From Comamonas sp. SCN 67-35 (GTDB lineage: Bacteria > Pseudomonadota > Gammaproteobacteria > Burkholderiales > Burkholderiaceae_C), in NCBI RefSeq assembly GCF_001725255.1, contig NZ_MEFV01000010.1, positions 5,171 through 69,170 on the forward strand: a DNA stretch of 64,000 nucleotides, in the 5' to 3' direction. The notes under the pieces were generated by a model. It was not told the origin of the DNA, made no database searches, and saw only the letters and a list, made by a program, of their open reading frames with translations. Shown in pieces: positions 1-9,684 of this stretch (its first letter is position 1; each line of letters opens with the position of its first letter). A program made the translations under genes and the position numbers.

Positions 1-734
1 TCGTCGGGCAGCGTGACGGGGCTGCCCGCGCTCGGGTACAGCGCCTGCCAGGTCTCGCTCTGGCGGCGCAGGGGCTGGCCGGTGAGCAGCTCCACCAGGA
101 TGAGCCCGGCGCCGTAGATGTCGACGGCGGGGGTGGGTACCGCGCCTGCGCTGGCTTCGGGCGCCATGTAGGCGGGGGTGCCCGCCAGCGGCGCGTGCGC
201 GGCGTTGGCCACGCTGACCGATATGCCGAAATCCATCACCCGCGCGCGCCCCTGGGCGTCGATCATGATGTTGGAGGGCTTGAGATCGCGGTGCACGATG
301 CCTGCCGCGTGCGCGGCCTGCAGGCCGTCGAGCACGTCCGCCATCATCGCCGCTGCCTCGTGTGCCGTGCGGCGCCCCTTGGCGGCCAGATGCTCGGCCA
401 GGCTGGAGCCGTTCACGTATTCGAAGACGGTGAAGGCCTGCTGCTCCTGCACGTCGGCTTCGAACACCGGGACGATGGCGGGGTGCGAGAGTTGCCCCAT
501 GTGGCGCGCCTCGGCCAGCCAGCGCTGCAGATGGGCCTCGGTGCGGCTGCCGCGCGCGGGCGCCAGCAGCTTGATGGCCACGTCGCGCTCCAGCCACGGA
601 TCGCGGGCCAGCCAGACGCTGGCCTGCGTGCCCCGGCCCAGCAGGCGCAGCAGCTGAAAGCGCCCGAGCTGGCGCGGCGGCGACCCTGCGTCCGTGGCGG
701 CAGTCACCGGGGAGTCGGGCGCTGAGGTGGGCAT
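1..734 (-). CDS. Hanks-type Ser/Thr protein kinase (N-terminal part; runs off the left edge)
   Basis: Hand translation from ATG at 734: MPTSAPDSPV...GRFQLLRLLGRGTQASVWLARD...VAIKLL, then HRDLKPSNIMID and MDFG. Absent from the ORF track because there is no stop inside the window. Confidence 0.9.
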   Translation of the reverse strand, partial: MPTSAPDSPVTAATDAGSPPRQLGRFQLLRLLGRGTQASVWLARDPWLERDVAIKLLAPARGSRTEAHLQRWLAEARHMGQLSHPAIVPVFEADVQEQQAFTVFEYVNGSSLAEHLAAKGRRTAHEAAAMMADVLDGLQAAHAAGIVHRDLKPSNIMIDAQGRARVMDFGISVSVANAAHAPLAGTPAYMAPEASAGAVPTPAVDIYGAGLILVELLTGQPLRRQSETWQALYPSAGSPVTLPD

Positions 735-795
735 GGCTTGCGGGCGGGTGGCGGCGAGGGTGGCGCGTGCATTGTGCCGTGTGGCGCGGCTTTTT

Positions 796-1674
796 TCAGG
801 CGAAATTCCAGTCTGCCGTGATCGTATCGCCCGTGCGCAGCGTACGCCCGATGCCGTCCACGATGATGGCGTTCATGCCGAACGTGGGTTTGCCGTCCAT
901 GCGCGGGTCGGCGCGGTAGCTCGTGAGCGTGGCGAGCACCTCGGGGCTGCGCTCGGCGGTGGCGGGGTCGATGTTGGGGATGGGGCAGCGCGCGCAGGGT
1001 TTGACGGGCGCGAGCACCACGCCTGCCTCGCGCGTGGCGATGCGGATCTCGGCCAGGCTGTCCTCGTCGTGCGCCTGCAGATCTGCGAGCAGCAGGTTGG
1101 GGCGCAGGCGCTCGATGCCGATGGCGCCATGTCCCGCCTGCGTCAGGCGCCGGTTGAGCTCGGCCAGCGAGGCCTCGCCGATCACGAGCAGCGGATAGCC
1201 GTCGACGAACTGGTTCACGGCTTCGACGCCTTTCGTCCAGGCCAGGTCGGACAGGCGCCGCACCCGAGGATCGAAGCGCGCGAGCCGCAGCCCCGCCTGC
1301 GCCAGAAAGCGGCTGAACCACTGCGCGGCTGCGTCGCCCATGTCCCAGGCGTTCACGGTGTCTTTCCAGACGCGAACGCGGGCGGGCCGGTCTTGCTCGC
1401 CTGCGGGTTCGCGCGGCAGGGGCAGGGTGGGCATGCCGGGCGCCTGCAGCAGCACCTCGTCGGGCGTGATGCGCGGGTGCACCAGCGCCAGGCGCGGCCA
1501 TTCGCGCTGGGTGAGGAAGACGCCGTCCGCATCGACCACCATCCAGGCGCGGTCCAGTTCCAGCCCGGTGGCGGTGAGCCGGGCCTGCTCCAGCGCCACG
1601 CCGGCGCAGGATTTGACGGGGTAGACGAACAGTCGGGCAATGCGGGCGTGCACTGCGGCATCGGTGCTGGACAT
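796..1674 (-). CDS. MOSC-domain protein (YcbX/YiiM-like)
   Basis: C-terminal part of ORF 796..3096: IARLFVYPVKSCAG, DRAWMVVD, FVDGYPLL, RLRPNLL, KPCARC, FGMN. Start moved to ATG 1674. Confidence 0.9.
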   Translation of the reverse strand: MSSTDAAVHARIARLFVYPVKSCAGVALEQARLTATGLELDRAWMVVDADGVFLTQREWPRLALVHPRITPDEVLLQAPGMPTLPLPREPAGEQDRPARVRVWKDTVNAWDMGDAAAQWFSRFLAQAGLRLARFDPRVRRLSDLAWTKGVEAVNQFVDGYPLLVIGEASLAELNRRLTQAGHGAIGIERLRPNLLLADLQAHDEDSLAEIRIATREAGVVLAPVKPCARCPIPNIDPATAERSPEVLATLTSYRADPRMDGKPTFGMNAIIVDGIGRTLRTGDTITADWNFA

Positions 1675-1725
1675 GCGGGCGGCCACGGGAAAGCGAGCGA
1701 TTATGCGCCTCCTACAATCATCGCC

Positions 1726-2877
1726 ATGGCGCAATCCTTTGATATCTGCATCCGCGGCACGGGCGTCGTCGGCCGCGCCGCGGCGCTGCTGCTGGCGCGC
1801 GCGGGCCTGCGTGTGGCGCTGGTCGCGCCGGGCGCGGGCCATGGCGGGCAGGACGTGCGCGCCTACGCGCTCAATGCCGCCTCGCGCGGCCTGCTCGAAT
1901 CGGTGCGTGCCTGGCCCGAGGCGCCGCACGTCACCGCCGTGCAGCGCATGCAGGTCTGGGCCGATGAGGGCGGTGCGGTGCAGTTCGATGCCCAGGCCCA
2001 GGGCGTCGAGGCGCTGGCCTGGATCGTCGACGTGCCGGCGCTGGAGCAGCGCCTGCAGGAGGCGATCGGCTTTCAGCCGCTGGTCGAGCTGGTGGCCGCG
2101 CCGGTGGCCGCGCCGGTGGCCGCGCCGCTCACCGTGGTGTGCGAAGGCCGCGCCAGCCGCACGCGCGCCGAATTCGGGGTGGAATTTGCCGTGACTCCCT
2201 ATGGGCAGGATGCGATCGCCACGCGCCTGATCTGCGAGCACGGGCACGGCGCGGTGGCGCGCCAATGGTTTGGCGCGGATGGCAGCATCCTCGCGTTTTT
2301 GCCGCTCGCGGGCGCCGAGGGGAACTCGGTGGCCGTGGTGTGGTCTGTCCCGCATGGGCAAACGCAGAATCGGCTGGCCATGGATGAGGCGGGCTTTGCT
2401 TCGGCGCTGCAGGGCGCGAGCCGTGGCGTGCTCGGGGCGCTCACGGTGAGCGCGCCGCGCGCTTGCTGGCCGCTGGTGCAGGCGCGTGCCGCGCGCTGGT
2501 GCGGCGCCTTCCCGATGCAGGCCTCCGGGCAGGCGAGCGATCGGGCGTGGGTGCTGGCGGGCGACGCCGCGCACGCGGTGCATCCGCTGGCCGGGCAGGG
2601 CCTGAACCTGGGTCTGGCGGACGTGGCCGTGCTCGTGCGCGTGCTGCAGGCACGCGAGAGCTGGCGCCCGCTGGCCGACCTGCGGCTGCTGCGCCGTTAC
2701 GAGCGCCAGCGCGGCAGCGCCGTCGCGGGTGCGCAGCTGGCGATGGACGGGCTGCAGCAGCTCTTCGCACGCGCCGACGCGCCTTTGCCATCGCTGCGCA
2801 ACCGCGGCATGAATCTGTTCGACCATTGCACCCCGCTCAAGGGCTGGGTGTCCCGCCGCGCCATGGGCGTGGCCTGA
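1726..2877 (+). CDS. FAD-dependent monooxygenase, UbiH/UbiI(VisC)/COQ6 family
   Basis: GxGxxG (GTGVVG), RAYALN, LAGDAAHAVHPLAGQGLNLG, LRRYERQR. Start at ATG 1726. Confidence 0.85.
   Translation: MAQSFDICIRGTGVVGRAAALLLARAGLRVALVAPGAGHGGQDVRAYALNAASRGLLESVRAWPEAPHVTAVQRMQVWADEGGAVQFDAQAQGVEALAWIVDVPALEQRLQEAIGFQPLVELVAAPVAAPVAAPLTVVCEGRASRTRAEFGVEFAVTPYGQDAIATRLICEHGHGAVARQWFGADGSILAFLPLAGAEGNSVAVVWSVPHGQTQNRLAMDEAGFASALQGASRGVLGALTVSAPRACWPLVQARAARWCGAFPMQASGQASDRAWVLAGDAAHAVHPLAGQGLNLGLADVAVLVRVLQARESWRPLADLRLLRRYERQRGSAVAGAQLAMDGLQQLFARADAPLPSLRNRGMNLFDHCTPLKGWVSRRAMGVA
2092..2127 (+). repeat. Perfect tandem repeat 3 x GTGGCCGCGCCG (VAAP x3), in frame
   Basis: Read directly from the sequence. 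Confidence 0.9.
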
Positions 2878-2914
2878 ATCTCTCCACTCGGGGCGCGCGC
2901 CCTGTCCTGCAACC

Positions 2915-3640
2915 ATGAAACTTCTCGCCCGATTCCTTCCCTTTCTTCTGGCCACGCTGCTGGCCGGCGCCCAAGGCGCCTGGGCACAGGATGCGCAGAT
3001 CCGCAAGACGCTGGCCGAGCGCATTCCGCAGCTGTCGCAGATCGACGAGATCAGCGCCACGCCGATGAAGGGGCTGTACGAGGTGCGCATCGGCACCGAC
3101 GTGTACTACTCCGATGCGCAGGGCAATTTCCTGATCCAGGGCGAACTCATCGACACCAAGGCGCGGCGCAACCTGACCGAAGACCGCGTGAACAAGCTCA
3201 CGGCCATCGACATCAAGTCGCTGCCGCTGCAGGACTCCTTCAAGGTGGTGCATGGCAAGGGCGAGCGTCAGCTCGTCATCTTCGAGGACCCGAACTGCGG
3301 CTACTGCAAGCGCTTCGAAAAGGACATGCAGAAGGTGGACAACGTCACCATGCACGTCTTCCTCTATCCCATCCTGAGCGCCGACTCGGCCGAGAAGTCG
3401 CGCAACATCTGGTGCGCCAAGGACCCCGCAGCCGCCTGGCAGGCCCACATGCTGAAAGACGTGACGCCCGAGGCGGCCAGCTGCGACGTGGGGGCGCTGG
3501 AGCGCAACCTGGCGCTGGGGCGCAAGCACCGGATCACTGGCACGCCCACGGTCATCTTCAGCGATGGCAGCAGGGTGCCTGGCGCCATTCCCGCGGCGGA
3601 AGTCGAAAAGCGCTTTGCGGCCCTGGCCGGCACCAAGTAA
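2915..3640 (+). CDS. dsbC: Thiol:disulfide isomerase DsbC
   Basis: Signal peptide, FEDPNCGYC active site, ITGTPT cis-Pro loop. Confidence 0.92.
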   Translation: MKLLARFLPFLLATLLAGAQGAWAQDAQIRKTLAERIPQLSQIDEISATPMKGLYEVRIGTDVYYSDAQGNFLIQGELIDTKARRNLTEDRVNKLTAIDIKSLPLQDSFKVVHGKGERQLVIFEDPNCGYCKRFEKDMQKVDNVTMHVFLYPILSADSAEKSRNIWCAKDPAAAWQAHMLKDVTPEAASCDVGALERNLALGRKHRITGTPTVIFSDGSRVPGAIPAAEVEKRFAALAGTK

Positions 3641-3650
3641 CTCCGTTGTT

Positions 3651-3704
3651 TTGATAGCTTCATGCGCTTTACCAGCAAGGAATTCAAAGATAAAAGAATT
3701 TGAA
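3651..3704 (+). repeat. Dispersed ~54-bp REP-like palindromic element, degenerate copy 1
   Basis: TTGATAGCTTCATGCGCTTTACCAGCAAGG..., 11 bp after the dsbC stop. Matches the 5' half of the consensus from the other copies. Confidence 0.6.
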
Positions 3705-3750
3705 TTGCTTGTGTGGCGAGCGCATGCAGCTCTCTTTTTTTGTTGAATCC

Positions 3751-5526
3751 ATGCCACACGCCACCTCTGCGGCGGTGCACTACCGCATTGAACTGCCCGA
3801 TCCGCGCACGCACCGCTACCACGTCACGCTCACCATCGAAAAACCCGCGGCTCGCCAGCGCGTCTCGCTGCCCGTGTGGATACCGGGCAGCTACCTGGTG
3901 CGGGAGTTTTCGCGCCACCTCGCGCACCTGCGCGCCGCGCAGGGTGGCAAGACCGTGGCGCTGACGCAACTGAACAAGTGCGAATGGCAGGTGGCCTGCC
4001 GCAAGGGCGAGCCGCTCACGCTGCACTACGAGGTTCTGGCCAGCGACCGCTCGGTGCGCACCGCCTGGCTGGACGCCACGCGCGGCTTCTTCAACGCCAC
4101 CAGCCTGTGCCTGCGCGTCCACGGCCATGAACACGCGGCGCACGAACTGCACGTGGCGCGCCCGCAGGGTCACGCCGATTGGAAGCTGGCCACGGCACTC
4201 ACCCCGGTCAAGGCTGCGCGCCACGGTTTTGGCAGCTACCGCGCGGCCAGCTACGACGAACTGGCCGACAGCCCGGTGGAGATGGGCGCCTTCCAGAGCC
4301 TGCGCTTCACGGCTTGCGGTGTGCCGCACCGCCTCGTCATCAGCGGCGCAAGCGCGTCGCTCGACAGCGCGCGCCTGGTGCGTGACGTGCAGCGCATCTG
4401 CGAGGAGGAAATCCGCTTCTGGAGCGCCGACGCCAGGGCGCCGTTCGATCGCTACCTCTTCCTGCTGAGCGTCGTGGACGAAGGCTACGGCGGGCTCGAA
4501 CACCGCTCCAGCACCGCGCTGGTCTGCGGCCGGCGCGACCTACCGCGCCTGGACGAGGCCAAGGCGCCCGAGGGCTACACCACGCTGCTCGGCCTGTTCA
4601 GCCACGAGTATTTCCATGCCTGGAACGTCAAGCGCATGCGCCCGAAAGAGCTGGCGCGCTACGACTACACGCAGGAAAACTACACCGGGCTGCTCTGGTT
4701 CTTCGAGGGTTTCACCAGCTACTACGACGACCTGCTGCTGCGCCGCGCCGGCCTGATCGACCAGGGCGCCTACCTCAAGCTGCTCGCCAAGACCATCAAC
4801 CAGGTGCTGCAGACGCCCGGCCGCCACGTGCAGAGCGTGGCGCAGGCGAGCTTCGACGCCTGGGTCCGCTACTACCGCCCGGACGAGAACACGCCCGCCA
4901 CCACCGTCAGCTACTACACCAAGGGCGCGCTCGTCGCGCTGTGTTTTGATCTGGCGCTGCGCCGTGCCGGGCGCTGCACGCTTGACGACGTGATGCGCGC
5001 GCTGTGGGTGCACAGCAGCGGTGGGCCGATCACCGAGGCCGACGTGCGCCAGGTGCTGCGCCGCACCTCGGGCCGCCACTGGGACGAGGAGCTGCAGGCC
5101 TGGGTGCATGGCACCGCCGAACTGCCGCTGGCGGAGCTGCTGGGCGCGCACGGCGTCGCGCTCAAGAGCGACACGCCACAGATGGCGCAGCGCCTGGGCC
5201 TGCGCGTGCAGGAGACGAGCGGCGTGCAGATCAAGCTCGTGCTCGCGGGGAGCTGCGCCGAGCGCGCGGGGCTCATGGCCGGTGACGAATGGCTGGGCGT
5301 GGAGGTGACGGGCGCGGATGGGGCGGGCAATGGCTGGCGGCTGAAGAAGCTCGACGACCTGCCGCTGTACGCGGGCCGCGCGCGCGAGCTCACGGCCCTG
5401 GTCGCGCGCGACGCGCGCCTGCTGCGCCTGCCGCTCACGCTGCCCGCGCCCGATGCGATCGGCGACACCGTACAACTGAGCATCACCGATGCGGCGCTTG
5501 CCGACCAGTGGCTGGGCATGCCCTGA
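3751..5526 (+). CDS. M61 family (glycyl aminopeptidase-like) metallopeptidase with C-terminal PDZ-like region
   Basis: [33 protein letters not shown]. Start moved to ATG 3751. Confidence 0.9.
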   Translation: MPHATSAAVHYRIELPDPRTHRYHVTLTIEKPAARQRVSLPVWIPGSYLVREFSRHLAHLRAAQGGKTVALTQLNKCEWQVACRKGEPLTLHYEVLASDRSVRTAWLDATRGFFNATSLCLRVHGHEHAAHELHVARPQGHADWKLATALTPVKAARHGFGSYRAASYDELADSPVEMGAFQSLRFTACGVPHRLVISGASASLDSARLVRDVQRICEEEIRFWSADARAPFDRYLFLLSVVDEGYGGLEHRSSTALVCGRRDLPRLDEAKAPEGYTTLLGLFSHEYFHAWNVKRMRPKELARYDYTQENYTGLLWFFEGFTSYYDDLLLRRAGLIDQGAYLKLLAKTINQVLQTPGRHVQSVAQASFDAWVRYYRPDENTPATTVSYYTKGALVALCFDLALRRAGRCTLDDVMRALWVHSSGGPITEADVRQVLRRTSGRHWDEELQAWVHGTAELPLAELLGAHGVALKSDTPQMAQRLGLRVQETSGVQIKLVLAGSCAERAGLMAGDEWLGVEVTGADGAGNGWRLKKLDDLPLYAGRARELTALVARDARLLRLPLTLPAPDAIGDTVQLSITDAALADQWLGMP

Positions 5527-5578
5527 GGTCACCGCTATATTCCACTGTTTGGAACCGATCCCACCGCAGGAGAACCCC

Positions 5579-6358
5579 GTGACCTACGAATGCATCATCA
5601 CCCGCGTCGAAGCCGAAAAGGTCGGCGTGATCCAGCTCAACCGCCCCAAGGCGCTCAACGCCCTGAGCGCGCAGCTCATGATCGAGCTGGGCACGGCCCT
5701 CAAGGCCTTCGACGCCGACGAATCCATAGGCTGCATCGTGCTCACCGGCAGCGAAAAAGCCTTTGCCGCCGGTGCCGACATCACCCTGATGGCCAAGTAC
5801 AGCTTTGCCGACGTCTACAAGAACGACTACATCACGCGCGACTGGGAAACCATCCGCACGATTCGCAAGCCCGTGATCGCCGCCGTGAGCGGCTACGCGC
5901 TGGGCGGCGGCTGCGAGCTGGCCATGATGTGCGACTTCATCATCGCCGCCGACAACGCCCGCTTCGGCCAGCCCGAAATCAAGCTCGGCGTGATCCCCGG
6001 CGCCGGCGGCACGCAGCGCCTGCCGCGCGCCGTGGGCAAGGCCAAGGCCATGGACATGGCGCTCACTGCCCGCATGATGGACGCCGTCGAGGCCGAGCGC
6101 GCGGGGCTCGTGAGCCGTATCGTGGCACTGGACAAGCTGATGGAGGAAGCCCTGGCCGCCGCCCTCACCATCAGCGGCTTCTCGCAGATCGCCGTCATGG
6201 CCGCCAAGGAGTCCGTCAACCGCGCCTTCGAGGGCACGCTCTCCGATGGCGTGATGTTCGAGCGGCGCCTGTTCCATTCGCTCTTTGCCACGCAGGATCA
6301 GAAAGAGGGCATGGACGCCTTCGTCAACAAGCGCCCGGCCAAGTTCACCAACCAGTGA
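5579..6358 (+). CDS. Enoyl-CoA hydratase (crotonase family)
   Basis: [38 protein letters not shown] start at 5579 after an AGGAGA RBS. Confidence 0.92.
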   Translation: MTYECIITRVEAEKVGVIQLNRPKALNALSAQLMIELGTALKAFDADESIGCIVLTGSEKAFAAGADITLMAKYSFADVYKNDYITRDWETIRTIRKPVIAAVSGYALGGGCELAMMCDFIIAADNARFGQPEIKLGVIPGAGGTQRLPRAVGKAKAMDMALTARMMDAVEAERAGLVSRIVALDKLMEEALAAALTISGFSQIAVMAAKESVNRAFEGTLSDGVMFERRLFHSLFATQDQKEGMDAFVNKRPAKFTNQ

Positions 6359-6414
6359 AAATTTGCCGCCCGCGCCGGGGTTTTACCTGAAATCCGCTAA
6401 AATGCGCGGCTCCC

Positions 6415-6491
6415 GGTGGTATAGCTCAGTTGGTTAGAGCGCAGCATTCATAATGCTGATGTCCCAGGTTCAAGTCCCGGTACCACCACCA
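6415..6491 (+). tRNA. tRNA-Met (CAT), probably elongator
   Basis: Acceptor stem GGTGGTA/TACCACC, D arm AGCTCAGTTGGTTAGAGC, anticodon arm CAGCA-TTCATAA-TGCTG, T arm GGTTCAAGTCC, encoded CCA; 77 nt. Ile2 (lysidine) identity is not formally excluded. Confidence 0.93.
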
Positions 6492-6497
6492 GATCCC

Positions 6498-6527
6498 GAA
6501 AGCCAGCCTTGCGCTGGCTTTCTTTTT
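6498..6527 (+). terminator. Intrinsic terminator after tRNA-Met
   Basis: GAAAGCCAGC-cttgc-GCTGGCTTTC followed by TTTTT. Confidence 0.85.
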
Positions 6528-6576
6528 GCCCGAATTCTTGTATCGTGCGCGCACTGTATCAACGCGGGACGAAAAA

Positions 6577-7380
6577 ATGGGAGACCCACGCGACCGGGCT
6601 GCTTTCGACGGGCATGATCGCCCCTTCGTGCGGGGGCGATGGATAGGGGCTCTGGCACTGGCCGGTGCGCTGGTGGCAGCTCTGGCCGGCTGCGCGCACA
6701 TGGGCGCGGCCGATGCCCGGCCAGACGCCGAGACGGCACCCGAGCTGGTGCCCCTGGCCAGCGTGGCCCCGGGCGTGCGCCAGGACATGCGTTACCACGG
6801 CCGCCACAACTTCATGGGCCGGCCGGTGGCCGGTTACGAGGCCGCGCGCTGCTGGCTCAGCCGCCCGGCGGCACAGTCACTGGAGGCGGTGCAGCGAGAC
6901 GTCGAGCCGCTGGGCCTGACGCTCAAGGTCTTCGACTGCTACCGGCCGCAGCGCGCGGTCGATGACTTCGTGCGCTGGGGCAAGGATCTGCAGGATCAGA
7001 GTACCAAGGCCGAGTACTACCCGCGCGTGCCCAAGCAGGAGCTGTTCCGGCGTGGCTACATCGCCGAGCGCTCGGGACACAGCCGCGCCAGCACGGTGGA
7101 TGTGACGCTGGTGGTGCTCGATGGCCGGCGTGCGCGCCAGGTGTTGACCGGGCCGCTGGCCGACGGCGGGGAGGTGGACATGGGTACGCCGTTCGACCTG
7201 TTCGACGAGCGCTCGCACACCGCCGACACCAGCCTGGCGCCGGACGTGCAGCGCAACCGCCAGTGGTTGCGCGCGCTGATGCAGCGCCACGGCTGGCGCA
7301 ATCTGCCCGAGGAGTGGTGGCACTACACGCTGGAGCCTGAGCCCTACCCGCAGCGGTATTTCGATGTGCCGGTGCATTAG
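6577..7380 (+). CDS. ddpX: D-Ala-D-Ala dipeptidase (VanX/DdpX, M15D), predicted lipoprotein
   Basis: DCYRPQRAV, SGHSRASTVD, EEWWHY Zn-peptidase motifs; lipobox LAGC after a hydrophobic stretch. Start uncertain. Confidence 0.85.
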   Translation: MGDPRDRAAFDGHDRPFVRGRWIGALALAGALVAALAGCAHMGAADARPDAETAPELVPLASVAPGVRQDMRYHGRHNFMGRPVAGYEAARCWLSRPAAQSLEAVQRDVEPLGLTLKVFDCYRPQRAVDDFVRWGKDLQDQSTKAEYYPRVPKQELFRRGYIAERSGHSRASTVDVTLVVLDGRRARQVLTGPLADGGEVDMGTPFDLFDERSHTADTSLAPDVQRNRQWLRALMQRHGWRNLPEEWWHYTLEPEPYPQRYFDVPVH

Positions 7381-7448
7381 GGCAACGCTGAACGAGCGTC
7401 TCGCGCCTCGCGCGAGCCTGTCCAGCGCCGCTGCAGCCGTTGCCGCGT

Positions 7449-8753
7449 TCAGGCAGGCAGCCGCACCATGCCCGCCGCCGCCGTCTGGTGGCTCGCGTCG
7501 TCGATCAGGATGAAGGCGCCGGTGGCGCGCTCGGCGTTGTAGTCGTCCAGCGCCAGCGCGTCGCGCGTGCGGATCTGCACGCGGCCGATGTCGTTGCTTT
7601 GAAGCGGCTCGCTCGATGCCACGGTGCGCAGTTCGCTGATGTCGCGTTTGGCGGTGATGGCCGTGATGCGCGCCTGCGTGAGGCGCGCACCCTGCTTGAG
7701 CCAGTACCAGCGCGCGGGCTGGAGCGCCTGGCGGTCGAGCCAGCACAGGTCGGCCTCGAATTCGCGTGCCACTTGTGGTAAGGCCCCGGGCGAGACCAGC
7801 AGATCGCCGCGCGAGACATCGATCTCGCGGTCAAGCACGAGGGTGATGCTGTCGCCTGCGGCGGCGGCGTCCAGCAGTTCTTCACCGCGCTGCAGCGCAC
7901 GCACGCGCGCCGCCTCGCCGCTGGGAAGAACCTGCACCTCGTCGCCCACGCGCAGCAGGCCGCCCTGCAACTGCCCGGCGTAGCCGCGAAAGGCCTGGGT
8001 GCTGCTGCCTTCATGGCGGATCACCCATTGCACGAAGAAGCGCACCGCATTTTTCGACGCATCGCCCGCGAGCGGCAGCGATTCGAGCAGCGGCAGCAGC
8101 GGCTCGCCCCCGTACCAGGGCATGTGGCCGCTGGGCTGCACCACGTTGTCACCCGTGAGGGCCGAGAGCGGCACGCAGTGGGGCGCGGCGATGGCCAGGC
8201 GCTGGGCCAGCTCGGCGACGCTCGCGCGGATGCGCTCGAACACCGTTTCGCTCCACTGCACCTGATCCATCTTGTTGATGGCGAAGACGATGTGGCGCAG
8301 GCCCAGCAGCCGCGCCAGCGTGGCGTGGCGCTTGGTCTGGGGCAGCAGCTGGCCGTCTCGCGCGCGTGCGGCGTCGATCAGGATCACGGCGGCGTCGGCC
8401 GTCGAGGTGCCGGTGACCATGTTGCGCGTGTACTGCTCGTGGCCGGGCGCGTCGGCGATGATGAACTTGCGCGCGGGCGTGGCGAAGTAGCGGTAGGCCA
8501 CGTCGATGGTGATGCCCTGCTCGCGCTCGGCCTCCAGGCCGTCGGTGAGCAGCGCCAGGTCCAGCGTGTCGTCCGGCGCGCGCGAGTAGCGCGAACCGGC
8601 GATGGCACTGAGCTGATCGGCGTACACGCCCTTGCTGTCGAGCAGCAGGCGGCCGATCAGCGTGGATTTGCCGTCATCGACGGAGCCGGCGGTGACCAGG
8701 CGCAGCACGCCCCTGTGGCGCGCCTCAGGCCAGAGATCGTTGATCGCATTCAT
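7449..8753 (-). CDS. cysN: Sulfate adenylyltransferase subunit 1 (GTPase), no APS-kinase fusion
   Basis: GSVDDGKSTLIG, REQGITIDVAYRYF, DAPGHEQYTRNM, INKMD. Confidence 0.95.
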   Translation of the reverse strand: MNAINDLWPEARHRGVLRLVTAGSVDDGKSTLIGRLLLDSKGVYADQLSAIAGSRYSRAPDDTLDLALLTDGLEAEREQGITIDVAYRYFATPARKFIIADAPGHEQYTRNMVTGTSTADAAVILIDAARARDGQLLPQTKRHATLARLLGLRHIVFAINKMDQVQWSETVFERIRASVAELAQRLAIAAPHCVPLSALTGDNVVQPSGHMPWYGGEPLLPLLESLPLAGDASKNAVRFFVQWVIRHEGSSTQAFRGYAGQLQGGLLRVGDEVQVLPSGEAARVRALQRGEELLDAAAAGDSITLVLDREIDVSRGDLLVSPGALPQVAREFEADLCWLDRQALQPARWYWLKQGARLTQARITAITAKRDISELRTVASSEPLQSNDIGRVQIRTRDALALDDYNAERATGAFILIDDASHQTAAAGMVRLPA

Positions 8754-9667
8754 CAGAAGTACCCCATTTTCTTGCGTCGTTCCATCGATGCCTCGCTGAG
8801 CTGGTCGTCCATGCGCGTGGCGCCGCGCTCGGTGATGGTGGTCACCGCCGTCTCAGCGATGATGTCGGCGGGCGTGGCGGCGCTGGACGGCACCGGGCAG
8901 GTGCACGAGACATCGCCCACGGTGCGAAAGCGCACCTGCAGCTGCTCCACGGTCTCACCCTCGCGCGCGGGGGTGAGTTCGGTAACGGGCGCGAGCAGTC
9001 CCTTGCGGCGCACGACGGGGCGCACGTGGCTGTAATAGAGCGACGGCAGGGCGAGCCGCTCGCGCTCGATGTACTGCCAGATGTCGAGTTCAGTCCAATT
9101 GGAGATCGGGAACACGCGGATGTTTTCGCCCGGGTGCACGCGCGTGTTGTAGAGATTCCAGAGCTCGGGTCGCTGGTTCTTCGGATCCCACTGGCCGAAC
9201 TCGTCGCGGAACGAGCAGATGCGCTCCTTGGCGCGGGCCTTCTCCTCGTCGCGGCGCGCGCCGCCGATGCAGGCGTCGAAGCGGAACTCGGCGATCGCCT
9301 CCAGCAGCGTGGTGGCCTGCGCAGCATTGCGCGAGTCGGTGGCGTGGCGCAGCACCACGGTGCCGCGTGCCATCGAATCTTCCACGCTGCGCACGATGAG
9401 CCGCTCGCCCAGCTCGGCCGCGCGCTGGTCGCGAAACGCGATCACCTCGGGGAAGTTGTGGCCGGTGTCCACGTGCAGCAGCGGAAACGGAAACTTGCCG
9501 GGGCGAAACGCCTTCTCGGCCAGACGCAGCAGCACGCACGAATCCTTGCCGCCGGAAAACAGCAGCACGGGGCGCTCGCACTCGGCAGCAACTTCGCGCA
9601 GGATGTGGATGGCCTCGGATTCCAGCCAGTCCAGGTGGGTGCGGTGCAAGGTGGTGGTGCTCGTCAT
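8753..9667 (-). CDS. cysD: Sulfate adenylyltransferase subunit 2
   Basis: LFSGGKDS, HVDTGHNF, GGARRDEEKARAKER, ends ERRKKMGYF. Start at ATG 9667. Confidence 0.95.
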   Translation of the reverse strand: MTSTTTLHRTHLDWLESEAIHILREVAAECERPVLLFSGGKDSCVLLRLAEKAFRPGKFPFPLLHVDTGHNFPEVIAFRDQRAAELGERLIVRSVEDSMARGTVVLRHATDSRNAAQATTLLEAIAEFRFDACIGGARRDEEKARAKERICSFRDEFGQWDPKNQRPELWNLYNTRVHPGENIRVFPISNWTELDIWQYIERERLALPSLYYSHVRPVVRRKGLLAPVTELTPAREGETVEQLQVRFRTVGDVSCTCPVPSSAATPADIIAETAVTTITERGATRMDDQLSEASMERRKKMGYF

Positions 9668-9684
9668 GGCTTCAGGCAATGGGT

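Noticed and set aside
7414-7424. GAGCCTGTC in the ddpX-cysN spacer, resembling the MITE terminus
   Set aside because: Only a 9-bp match with no partner end, which is expected by chance.
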